A stretch of DNA of 64,000 bases from Phoronis australis (taxonomy: Eukaryota; Animalia; Phoronida), in the NCBI GenBank assembly GCA_002633005.1, contig NMRA01000164.1:108289-172288 (forward strand), read 5' to 3'. Below the pieces are notes generated by a model, which did not search any database, was not told the origin of the DNA, and saw nothing but the letters and a program-made list of their open reading frames with translations. The stretch's first letter is position 1. Every line of letters starts with the position of its first letter. Position numbers and translations under genes: made by a program. Below are positions 51,529 through 64,000 of the stretch, one piece after another.

Positions 51529-52150
51529 ACTTAATCAACAAATACACAAGACTCGCAGACGACCATACTCCCAATACAGACCAGCACCCTTAAACCCACA
51601 CAAGTCATGCCAAAAATGCTCTAGACCTGGACACCATGCTCCAGTTCAGATTTCAAAAACCGGATGGGCATTCTGGTCAATGAGATTGAAATTTGGTAAC
51701 TGCGTAGAGCATTTTCGGGTTCATGTCGTGAGTTCAGGGTCGTACTCTCGGGGATTTGTACTGTGAGTTTGATGTTTGGTGGTCCCAAGACTGGCGGTCC
51801 AAGACTGGCAGAGTTCATACCTAGGACTTATAGAAAACGCCACGACATCATTCCCTTTTCCTGCTACACAGTATATGCGTGTAGCACAAATCTGAGCAGC
51901 AAATCCAAAACAAAATAACGTTAAATCTTTATTTTTACACTGGACAGATAAAATAGCTACATACATACAAAAAATACTAAAATGACATTGTTAAAAATGT
52001 TCTCTATTTGTTCAGTGTCCTTATGGGTGTCCGACAGAGAGTGAACATAGCGCAGGTGTTCCATTTCCATCTCACTCAACTCTTTACGGGGCCTGGCTCA
52101 GTCAGCAACTGTGAACACATAGATGTACCACTAATTCAACTCTGATCAAC

Positions 52151-55100
52151 CTAGTATGGTCGGTGCCTCTGGTCATCTCTACCACGACCTCTGAAACCCC
52201 CGCGACCTCCACCACGACCTCGGTCGCCTCCCCTGTCATATCCTCCTCGGCCGCCACCACCACGACCACGGAAACCACCTCCTCGACCACCACTGTAACC
52301 ACCTCCACCACCACCGAAATCAGAGCGAGGTTTATGGCAACGGTTGCAGGAATCACGCCGCGCAAAGTTCAAGTTACCACACCCACTAGAATTCGAAAAC
52401 AAAATCAATTTTAACATTACGAAGTAAAAAGTCACTGACAGATACTGTCAATATTATTCCAACAACTACTCATCCATAACATAGCAGGAACAAGCTTACT
52501 TTAAGATGTACAACTTTCAGGACTTCGCAGATAGGGTTGGTTTCTTGGCAATACTTTTTGATGTTTGATATTGTCGGATAATGCCATGCTTTTTGGTCTA
52601 AAAGTATTGCATCTGCTTACATGTGAAGACAATCTGACCAGATCCAAGATAATATGCTAGAGTTGGCGTATGAAGTAAATATGATATTACAACCCACTGA
52701 TCTAAACTATGGTCACTGTTATCTGTTAAGACTGGCGCCTTTTGTGTGGCAACTCATATCTAAATGTTATTCCCCAGAGTCAAAAGGGCCCTGACCACCA
52801 TTAGGTGTCAGCACGATACTCACTCCGCTTCACACCTCCAGTCACCAGGTCTACTGTCGCCGTCGTTTCCACCACGGTCACCACCACCACCACCACGACC
52901 TATAGATAAATACATAGATATTTTATAGCATCACGTTAGCAGCAATATAACATACAAACTTTCAAGTCACAATTTTACTTAATGTACCGAAGTCTACCCT
53001 GTTCACAACATACAATCTATATAACGTACAGATTTCAAAGATCTCTTGAATGTTATTACATGTGGGCTAAACAGTGTATTTTGGTTTAATATTAAAGAGT
53101 ACCGTACAATTAAGAATGAATTTGTGCCTGCAATTTTTTTCTTTATTTTTTACAAACATTTATCAGTTTCGCCACTAAGCTTAAAATAACAATTCGCGGG
53201 TCTTTGACACGGAAATATCTTTCTATTTCTAATTCGTAAATACTTTCATTATTAAATAGCCGGAATAAGACGAAGTAAGCAATCCACAAATCACAGAAGT
53301 CGTTGCTTATAGGTTAGGCCGGTGACACACATACCGATAGAAGAGGCCTCGCGATTCGCTGATTATTGGGCTATTTTGAGAATGAAACGAATTAAGTTTT
53401 TCGAGTTTGTAGCTCAACTTTTTGGCTAAAATAATGATTTTACAAAAATTTTTAATTTCTAACTATAAAATCTTCTTCCTCGTCCATTTCGACTACAAAT
53501 CGGCGTATATCAGGGCTTGGAATGACCTATGACAAAAAAGCGGAAATTTTTATCGAGAAAACTAAAAAAGGTACCACCTCCAGAAGCGTGCGTCTGCATC
53601 TTTTTAGCTCGTCTGTCCACATCCAACTCCAAATATTTTTGACTGCAGAGTCAAAGTATTTGTCAATGCGATTTACAATCTCACGAGACGCCATTGCAGA
53701 AATCCACCACGCTATCCCGGGTACCCCGGCAATGTTGAAAATTTACGTTCCTCCGAAACACAAAGAGCAACTTCCGCTTTTCGAGGTGAAAGCCGTCGGC
53801 AACGCCGCGGTAAGAAAGAAATTTGCAGCAGAAATTTTATATCAAATCCGATTTTTTTTACGCGGAAATATAATAAAATACGCGGACAGAACATTTGAAA
53901 AAAGCGGAAATCCGTGTTTCCGCGGAAAATTCCAAGCCATGGTATATATTGAGAAACAAGCGAATCAATCTCTTTTGAATTTGCTGAATTTGCATATTTT
54001 TGCCTGGCCGTGCGTACTTGCGTACTGGAGGCTTGATTTCCATACGAATCCTCATTTTTTGCGTATGGTACACAGGTCTGTAAACAACTGAAAAGATTTT
54101 TTCTGTTTTTTCCTAATGACCAACAAACTGGTTCTCACTAACCATGTAAGAGCGCAGACTAAACCCTTCAAAACCATTACCAGATGCATATATTGCCATG
54201 ATCTGGACCCGTAACCACCAAACGTTACTGACAATCCCCTTTATAATGCAGACTGAGTAATGTGTCAAATTTTGGAGATTTCCAAAACATATGAATAAAA
54301 TTCTATTTAAAATTCTATTTACAAAGCAAATACCCTGCACATTTTTATTTTAAAACACCAGACAATTATTTTCACACCTACACTGGACAACTTCAAATTC
54401 GACCAAAGTTGTCAAGTCTCAGTAAGTCTTAAAAGGACTTGGGTAGAGTTTGGAGGCTGTCACTTTTCAAGTATTACCCCAGCGAGCACAGTTTGGAGTA
54501 AAAGTCTCCGAGTAAATCAATAATCTGAGTAAACTTTGGTGGTCATGGGAACAGAGCTCGTAAGAAACATTGCTCCACAGGTATGCAGACTCACCTCTTC
54601 CACCTCGGTCATACCCTCCACGACCACCTCGGCCTCCACCGCGGCCGCCACCTCTGCCACCGCCTGGCTGCCAGGCAGGTCTTTGGGCCAGCTCTACCTT
54701 AAGTTCATATCCATTAAAGAGCTTACCTGTAACAGAAAGCCCTTAGGTGATCTTAAACGGTAACTGAAGATATACAATTTCAGCAGTATCAAAACATCAG
54801 GATGATTGGGCAAACATTACAATGGCCAAACACACACACGCGCACACACACACACACAGGCATGTCAAATTATTCTTTGTCATAATCAACATACAGCAGA
54901 TTTCGAAAATCAATGACTATAAATTTCAAAAAATTCATTCGTGACTACGCTGTAATTGTTTGATGAAATTTGTCTTACTACCTCATTATGGTAACAACCA
55001 TTGTTTATGTGCTGTCGTACACAATGAAACACGTTGGAGAAACACTCTAACCAAGCTGACAATCACTAAAGTATGTTACTGTTTCTCATCAATTTTTCTC

Positions 55101-58100
55101 GACTTCTTTGCTGTTCAACAACTCAGCTCACACTATTTGCCGCACACATCTTAATAAACTACAATGTTAAAACACTACAACCTCTTCATTTCTTCAATAA
55201 GGTCAACAGATGACTCACCTACTCGCTTCAGGATTACTAATTGATGTTGCTCAGACTGAGAGCTACAAACGCAACATACCATTAAACCAATCGATGGCCG
55301 AAGTGGCTGAGTATGAATCTTCATATGTGACTGTGGCCTCGCCTTTACTTGCTTTGGTCACCTTGTCTTTGTATATCCAGATCTTAGGTTCTCCAGTTCT
55401 CTTGTCCATCTGGAGTTAAGGTACGGTAAATGAATTCTAGAATAACTGAAACCACATGTCCGTATTCTGGATTAACTATTTGCAATTAACTTAAAGCACA
55501 GTGTTTGCAGATTATTTAATATTAAGCATAATCTAAGAACTGAAACATTTTAATAACTAATACATACTGACAACAACCAAAATAAGAAAAGTAACACGCA
55601 TCTAGGAACAACACTAACCTTGATAATTCCGATTGAACCAAAGTAATCACGGATCTCATTCACAGTAATCTCTGATCCCATTCCAGTGACGAATATCGTG
55701 TCGAGCTGAGTTTCCATCTTACGATCTGTGATAGAATTTTGCAAAGACAAATAAGAAATTACGTAGCGTGACAGACTATAGGCACAACTAGACAATAAAA
55801 AATCCCTTATGTTAGGGATTTACATTAGCAAGACCCCAGAAAATACAATATGTTTACTCCAAATATAAGGCTATGTGTGATTTCGGAAAAGGGGCCAATA
55901 AATGGAAAATGTGCTAACCACAAGAAATTATTTGTCAATTATCCCGTCGTGCGTTTCATAGATACGGTGAGCAAAGCAAAATACTAATTCAACAGAAACA
56001 CATGGAAAAAGTCTTAAATGGTACCTTTAGATTTGCCATTCATGTAAGTTTTTAAAGTTTTTAAACCAGTTGGGAGGTTCTCGAGTTATTTAAATTTTAT
56101 TTTAGAGCCTCAAAAAGGCTTTTCTTCAGCAAACAGCACAGAAATGTCAGGCCACAAAAAATAGCAAATTTAGACAACTATATTTGGGAATCCTTAGTTT
56201 AATGTGTTCATAAAAACAAGATGGAGAGTCCATTACAAGTAAGTTAACAACATGGCATCAACACCAAACCAAAAACTATTATATTTTGCACGAACAAGAA
56301 CTATAACAATTGAAAGTTCACATTCGCCAGGATATTTTTGCCCATGAAACTAAATTAAGGGTTGGTTTGAGAAGAGAGTAACTTATTACTTTGAAAATGA
56401 AAGAACACTTCAAGAAGTACTACTGTGCATTACTGTTGAAGTGCTTAGGTAAAAATAAGGCACACACTAGCCTACAGAAATCCCTGATCACTGCGCGGTT
56501 CCAGCATCTTTGTTGAAGTTTTTACGCGAGCGACCTGTTTAGATTACCAGATGTGGAGAACACTGTAAATTCTGAAGGAAATTCCTGCAGCTTCTTTTCT
56601 TTAACAAGAGCAACGCAGAGTGTTGAAATGCGCCCAAAAATGCATCGCAAATGGTGTGCTTTTAGGGTTACATACTTGTATCATAAATGGCACAACATAC
56701 AATCCGTCCGATAATGGAGGCATGTCATTGCTTCTTTAATAGAAAGGTATACACCAAATTTCATAGAAATCCATCACGGAACTTCAGAGAAATAAAGGAA
56801 AACAGAATAAAATGAAATTGCCACTAGGAGGCACAGAGTTCATTGGATCTGCCTGAAAGTAGTCATTGTCTGTTGTTAGCTTCATCTAAATACACTTACA
56901 AAATTTAATAAAGATCCTGCAGTGGGTTCAGGAGATACAGCTATGGGCGCAAAACAAAAAACTACCACTAGGAGGCGTCAGGGAAGACAAAGTTGTCATC
57001 ATCACCAATAGATGCCCGTATTCAAAATTTTATGAAAATTTGTTAAAGACCTTTGAAGCTACAGAGGTAAACGTAAAACTAAAATTGCCACCAGGGGGCA
57101 TACCAGTAGTCAGATCCATCCCAAAATCATCGTCGTTCGTTGTAAACATTATATAAACACACTTCTTAAATTTAGTAAAGATCCTGCAAACGGTTTAGGA
57201 GATACAGCTATGGCGCAAAAAAGAAACTACCACTAGGAGACGCCACAATAGTCGAAGTCATCAGAAAATCATCAGCCGTCCACTTCATAGTAAAAACATA
57301 CGTGTCAATTTTCATAATTATCCTGAAAGTGGTTTGGTTAGAGGGGTGGACACCAAAAAAACAGACTCGAAAACAGTAAAAATGGCCACTAGGTGGCGCC
57401 AACTAGGTCGAATCCATCTGAAAACAGAAAGATAGCATCACCTCACTAACAGAAGCCTGTACGCCAAATTTTATGAAATTACGTTGAGGACCTTTGAAGA
57501 TACAGAGGTAAGCATTAAAAAAATAAAACTGCCACTAGGTGGCACACCAGTTTTCAGATCTGTAAGGAAGTCGTCGTTGTCCATTGCCAACATCATATAA
57601 ATTTAGTAAAGATGCTGCTAACGGTTTGGGAGATATAGCCATAGGTGCAAAAAAACTGCCACTAGGAGGTGCCACAGTAGTCCAAGTCGTCGGAAAATCA
57701 TTGTCAACCGCCCTCTTCATAGTAAGAACATACAGACTCGAAAACAGTAAAAATGGCCACCAGGTGGCGCAAACTACGACGAATCCATCCAAAAATGGGA
57801 GGATACCATCGGCTCACTACTAGATGCCTACATACCAATTTTATGAAAATACGTTGAGGACCTTTGAAGATACAGAGGTAAACGTAAAAAAATAAATTGC
57901 CACTAGGGGACACACCTTTAGTCGGATCTGTCCGAAAGTTCGCTCATGCCGTCCCATCCACGAAAGGAACACATGTGCAAAATTTCATGAACACATGTCA
58001 ATCGGTTTTGGAGATAAAGCAGCAGACGCCGGTCGGATGCCTCCTGGACAGCCGGAGGCAGATGACTGCATAATGCGTCCACATATAAATATGTGGGCAC

Positions 58101-61100
58101 ATAAAAACAATCTGAATCCCAGGCTTGATAATAATACCATCTTTTCAGTGTTCTCCACAACACAATCCAAACACAACGCAAATGCCCAGGTGAGTTCAAT
58201 ATCAGCAAGGGCTGTTCCAGCAAAATCCATATGGGAGGGGTAGACCGCAGTTGATATAAAAATTCATGGGTGGTGGTGTTCAAATAAAAAACTCAAATTA
58301 TGGGTGGTCGTTTTTGTAAGAAGTAAAGCATTAAAACTGAAACTAGGTTGAACAAGTGATGTTTTGAGAAGACAGCAAATTATTACTTTGAAAATGAGAG
58401 CACACTTCAAGAATTACTACTGTGCATTACTGTTGAGGTGCGTGGGCAAAAATAAGGCACACACTAGCATACTGAGAACATTGAGCGCTGCGCGGTTCCA
58501 GCACGTTTCAGGGCTTGGAATGACCAATGACAAAAAACGCGGAAACTTTTACGGCCCAAATCATGCCCAATAACCAGCCTTGAAATGGTCAATGTTAACC
58601 TTTCCCCGACAAAAATCGGGACTAAAAAAAAAAAAAACGTTACCACCATCAGTAGCATGCGTCTGCGTCCTTTTAGCTCGCCCATCCACTCCCAACCCAC
58701 ACATTTTTGGCTGCAGAGCGGTAGTATTTGTAGCCGCGCTTAAAAATAACACGAGACGCCATTGAAAATCCCACCACGCTGTCCCAGATGCCCCGGCAAT
58801 GTTGACAATTTACGTTCCTCCGAAACATAAAAAGCAACTTCCGCTTTTCGAGGTGAACGTCGTCTGCAACGCCGCGGTAAGAAAGGAATTTGCCGTGGAA
58901 ATTTTATATCAAATTCGATTTTTTTACGCGGAAATATTATAAAAAAAGCGTAAAGCACATTTGAAAAAAGTGGAAATCCGCGTTTCCGCGGAAAATTCCA
59001 AGCCCTGATGTTTGTTGCAGTTTTTATGCCTGCGACTTGTTTAGATTTTCAGATGTGGAGAACACTGTCAATCATGAAGGAAATTTCTGCAGGTTCTTTT
59101 CTTTAAGAACAATCTGAATCCCAGGCTTCACCATTTGGCCAACAACATCATGATATAAATAGCCAGGCTGAACAAAGCGAGTCAGCCACCAATCATAGAA
59201 CTCGATTCTAACATTTTAGGTCGGGTAGAAGTATTGATCAAAGCCGTCTCTTGATTAGGAAATTTTCATGAGAATGAAAATAGTATACGGATATTAATCC
59301 TAACGTCCAGCGCTGCTTTTTTATAAGGTGGATATGTGCAGTATACCATTGGTGTGTCAGTCTCTGCATGCCTTTGCCGTACGTAACAGTGCAAAACTCA
59401 CCTCCGTTATTCCACTGGCTGTTTCCACCACCGCCGCCACCACCTGTAACACAGAGAATATACACCACTTAAAACATGAGACTACAACGGCGTGTTGATG
59501 TCACCATATTGTAACTGCCCTTTTGATGGGGTCTTTTAACTATGTTTTCAAGAATCCAAACTACAATATAAAAGTAAGGCTCAATTATATGTATTTGTGA
59601 AGAGTGAGACACACAACTTGGGTGATTTAAGAAACATTGTTAAAAGACCATCCAGCAAACACGGAGTTAATGCGGTACAATGTAGACAGTTTCACCCACA
59701 AATATTTCATAAAACTGACCATTTCACTACTAACGTTTTTGTGAATGGCCACAATTTCTGTCTTGATGATAGCTTTTGTTTTAAGAAAAAATAGAATGTC
59801 TCTTGTTCGTCATATAAAGATCTAAATTAGAGACTTTGCCATAGAAATCGCAATTTGACAAAATCCAAAAGTTCCCACTCGGCAATATTCTCCAAGTTCA
59901 TGACAATACCAGCTTAAGTCTAGCACCCATAATAGGCAAAACTAAACAATGACATAACACTGCCCATTATCAGCTTTCATGAACTGCACTAGACAAGGTT
60001 GTACATATTTTTAGGTTGAGGCATAACTTACAAGCATCCAGTACTTGTAATCTTGAAGGCAAATAAACAATCATGCAACCAGTGACATCAACACTCCCTT
60101 AAGCTTTCTTAATGTTGCCCATTCAAACTTTAAGATAGACTAAAGTGATACCTTGATAAAAGAATGTGCAACGTTCTAATCACATGTGTAGTAGATGTAA
60201 GTTCTGTTTGCATCCTTCATATTACCACCTTTGTACACCAAAACACACTGGCTGCTCAGTCATTTCATTTTACACTTTATTAAATGCAGTTCGCAAATTT
60301 TTGTCTCTCTATTTATCGTTTTTAAACAAGATCCTTTCTCGGCAGGCAGATGAACCAAAGTTAGTAAGCCTAAACATTCATAACATTTGTCAATTTATGG
60401 CATTGCCGTGCTGAAACTGATACTCAAATATTGTTACAACCAAATTCACATTTGTTACCATTTAAAGTAGGCTTTAGCATCAGATTTCCAGTTTCCACTT
60501 TATTCTACATGGCTAAACAGGATCGTCGCTTAACTACCACTAGCCAATACACCAATCAAGTTTTAACAATCTTAAGCAGACAATAATACGTCGCCTTTCC
60601 AATTTCAAGTCAACACTTAACAGCACCGACTCGATAACCATTTTCCAAGTGAACCACATACTTGGCATCACATTATACACTCTTTCACCATAGCCCTTGT
60701 ATTAACTCGCATCTTTGGCCTTTACCAGTTTAAATTTTAACTTTGATTTTGGTTGCCAATATTAATTATTTATTTGTAAAATCGTGCACAAATTTTCAAT
60801 TACTGTTCAGTATGTCAAGGTTGAAAGTCTTTTTATAGTACCAACTCAGGGAAACTCAAATACAACGCAGTTCACACCTGCAGCGTGATTCTTGGGTACA
60901 AGGCGATACATTTGACCACCTATCTAGAATTCACACCCATGAAATACCTTCTCTGGAGTACGATTTTTGTTTATTTAGAATACCTTGATGCACACTATAA
61001 TTCAAACACAATAAACCAAAAGCCCTGATGTAAAATAAGGGTTGAGCAGTGATTTTCTCATCCAGTACTCTGCATAATCTCGCATTAGACCACTTATTGG

Positions 61101-61875
61101 TGGAACACACCTGATTAATTAAACAGCAGTGTGCCAAAACAGTTTGAATGCAAGCTATGCGGTAAATCACCAAACAAAAGTATCTCCTGCTCGTTCATTG
61201 TAACTGTGTGTATTACATTTACGTGGGTTGCTACGAACGTAGTTCAAAGCTCGGTAACCATTTTGCATGGCGTGTGTAGCACATCAAGCTATGAGCCAAG
61301 ATAAACATCACGTGGAGCTAGTAGCTCCATGTGTCTCTCATCCTAACACAAGGTCGACCGCAAAACCTTTAATACACTTCATATTGAAATCGACAAGTTG
61401 AAAAGTGTACCTGTCTGTGGGTTATTATGGTGAACTGTTTTACCCTAGTCTTTCCAATAAGTATTGTTCCTTCTGGTCCAAGCTTTAGCTGGACTTCTTC
61501 AGCATTGATTATTGCTTAGTAGTGTTTGGTTTCTTACAAATACATGCTACTTTCAAAGGAAATTTGTGGGCACACATCACTGTACTATGAATTCCACGCA
61601 CAGAACAATTAAAATTTACCCAAAGCACTGAACAATACATAAAAGACAAAGATGGTACGCTATTTGGGAAGACAGTGAACTCAAGTAAATCAAAATTTCC
61701 CCTCAACTTCTCACGTCACTTTACGAGCCAAACGTAGCATGTTAGCCTAAAAACGCACCCTGTGCACAAAAATAGTAACCATTTACTTTACTTCGGAGAG
61801 TCTTCCCAAAAGCGACCCGGTACATACGGTACCGTCAACTTACCACCATACTTATTGTAACCGCCTCTACCGCCG
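52151..61875 (-). CDS. FUS: FET-family RNA-binding protein, copy 2 (tandem paralog); exons 7-13 in window, 5' exons beyond 64000
   Basis: Exons 61875-61844, 59443-59402, 55725-55619, 55409-55280, 54726-54595, 52899-52824, 52385-52151. Frame and splice sites are intact. RRM, ZnF GDWRCEADGCGNLNFARRDSCNRC, RGG, RHRPY*. Confidence 0.9.
53511..53941. mobile_element. hAT-like MITE with 6-bp TSD
   Basis: GTATAT|CAGGGCTTGGAAT...ATTCCAAGCCATG|GTATAT. It sits in a copy-2-specific segment (~53250-54075). Confidence 0.78.
56603..58107 (-). mobile_element. HINE family copy (FET copy 2, intron 8)
   Basis: Both termini present. Empty site ttctttaagaacaatctg at ~15270 and ~59100. Confidence 0.85.
58509..59007. 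mobile_element. hAT-like MITE with 6-bp TSD (same family as 53511)
   Basis: ACGTTT|CAGGGCTTGGAAT...ATTCCAAGCCCTG|ATGTTT. Empty site ccagcatatttgttg at ~15174. Confidence 0.8.
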
Positions 61876-64000
61876 CTGAAACAGATTAACAAGTGAGGCC
61901 CAGTTCTGTGTCACCCCATACTCGCCCCCATGTAAAATGGAAGTTCGTATAGCAGAGGACTCTTGTCTTGAAGGTACTGTCATCAGCACCCTAGTCACTG
62001 GCTAGCTCCAGTGATCACCAGTCATGTAGTAGAACACCGTTTACTCAGCCACTGCAGTAATCCCCTTTGTGAGAAACCTATGCAGTGTTACCCTTTTGTT
62101 TTCTCAAAGACCAATGCCAATCAAGTCGCCAATAAGGAGGGCTAACATGACATTTCATTTGCACAGTCTTTTATGCTTTGTATTGCAGACTTCTAGCTTA
62201 TAAAGTTTGAAATATGCAAAACTCACTTTCATGCTCACAGACTTTCTCATGTTAGCTGTCTAGTTTTATTGAAGACCAAAAGTATGACACTGCGTTTTTA
62301 ATAACACCGAAACCATGCACCTGAAGCTATGATTATAATTTTTCATATTCAGACTTAACGACCCCCAACGTGAGTTACTATCACAGCCTTCGCGAGTCAC
62401 GTTCACAAACTTGAGCTCTACTTACAAGACTGGATATACATCCCTTGATAACACGAGACCTAAATGTTCGCATTTTCAGTCGGCATTTGAAAAAAACACC
62501 TCACGAATTTTGCTTTTTCTAAGTTAATCCCACCAACACTTTTTGAAACGAACACTTTAGTAATTGGCATTTCCAATACTGCCAACATACAGCACAAACT
62601 CTATTACGTAACAGGTCTTTTCAATTGGCACCCACAATGTTTTCAACAGAACAAATCAGAATTTTTTTCACCGACCACTTTTAACCGCAAAGTTTTCCAA
62701 AATGCCTAAATATCAGTACTTTTTTAAACTGGTTACAATAATTATACAGTGCCAGGCACTGCTCTACAACCCTTGTTAAAAGGAAACAAGTCAGTTGTAG
62801 GACCAAACTAGCACATTTTTGTCATTATTGTTGGTAACACAGGCTACAAGATAGCAAAATCCGGTGGTTTTGTGATTGCATAAGAAATACTCAATTCCTG
62901 TCAAGAGCTTCCAGTTATTCGACAGTGTTAACTTAATTACATGTTAACTTAATTACGTTTAAAAGACTCGTTACTAGCCGCATTGGCTTTTACCTCTAGT
63001 AACATAGTGTGGGACTGTGACTGCTGAAGTAGTGGGTCACTTTAAATGATAATACAAATCAACAATTACATCAGTACGTGTCCTAAGCAAGCTTCATCAC
63101 CTTCACTCCATCTAGAATTAACTGCTATGTCATTATCTATCGAAATAAAAATTTGAACACAAGATGGCACTGTAGCGACTATTTTTCAAATCTTCACTCC
63201 AATAGTCTCTGTCGTTTTTCTGAAATTTGGTATGTAGATAGATCTTGACAAGTGTTGTAAACTGATGCCATCGAGGATTTTTCATTTCAAGGATTGCTCT
63301 TTTACTGAACATTATTTTTTGCTACACACATGCTTTATTATGTCAAACATCCATTCATCAGCATCAACCTTCATTATCATCACAGTTGTCATTTATCTTT
63401 CAATTAAACATAAAATTTGATAACTATAGGATACTCTTTGCACTTATTTTCAGTCAAAAATTCACGAAAGTAATTTGATTGTAAACAAGTCTAGTTTAGA
63501 CTAATTTCCAAATGATCTCGTTCAACACGTTTTGAAAATTACCCAGATTCAAACATGGAATTTTAAAAAATAATTCTGGAGTATCTGATGGTGCAGCAAC
63601 AAAAGGCCACCATTAGTTGAACAACGCTGAACATTGCTTTTCATGAATTGCCAGTGATAAAGCTAAGTCCTTGTTCAAGTGTACTTTATGAAATGTTCCC
63701 GTTATATCTGTCGGTAAATGAAAGAGTCTTTCAGATATGTATTGCAAAATCAAATGATGGCCCACAGCCAGAGCTGTTTCCCATGATTTTGTAATTACAT
63801 TCTAGAGTGATGAAAATTTAAAGTGAGTTATGTTATTCATCTTTATTACCTAGTTCCATTACCGGCGACTTGATTGTGCAACTATAATTACTCAACCCTC
63901 TCAGCTTTCATTAGCAGTAGTACACAAAAATTGTTTGCATGGACTGACCACATATCTCAAACACAACCATTGAAACATCAAACTTGTACCCCACATTTGA

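Larger units (their letters stand above)
51529..64000. repeat. Direct segmental duplication of ~6207-26100 (3' half of the FET locus)
   Basis: Colinear homology starts at acttaatcaac (6207 and 51529) and runs to the window end (cttgtaccccacatttga also at ~26081-26098). It is interrupted by copy-specific insertions. Confidence 0.95.

Noticed and set aside
53522-54091. Longest ORF in the track (189 aa)
   Set aside because: It runs through a MITE and across its boundary. The sister copy at 58509 does not keep the frame, and there are no domain motifs.

Overview
Intron- and transposon-rich animal genomic DNA, probably an invertebrate bilaterian (inference). Most ORF-track entries are spurious. 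Genes: (1) last coding exon of a deltex E3 ligase (+, 1187-1411). (2) A complete 13-exon FET-family RNA-binding gene (FUS/EWSR1/TAF15/cabeza type; -, 41614-7706; 441 aa after splicing). (3) A GDPGP1 pseudogene (+, 44143-44975) that has lost its catalytic HIT segment. (4) A second, tandem FET copy (-, exons 7-13 at 61875-52151, continuing past the window), roughly 93-97% identical in introns by eye but with clustered amino-acid changes in the RanBP2 zinc finger. Comparing the two copies gives filled and empty sites for many insertions: Kolobok-like TTAA elements, TA-target MITEs, a hAT-like MITE with a 6-bp TSD, and HINEs. An ISL2EU-like element and a 10-bp-TSD element are defined by their own termini. 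Best leads: five Helentron-type (HINE) elements whose ~150-bp satellite subunits each carry a co-oriented CTCF-like motif; a FUS-exon-7-like frameshifting micro-exon inside ~300 bp of perfect paralog identity; a minimal hammerhead ribozyme downstream of deltex; and a 20-bp-stem mini-transposon 40 nt upstream of the FET start codon. All alignments and counts were done by eye. Single Ns at 3628 and 35114 may mark assembly gaps.
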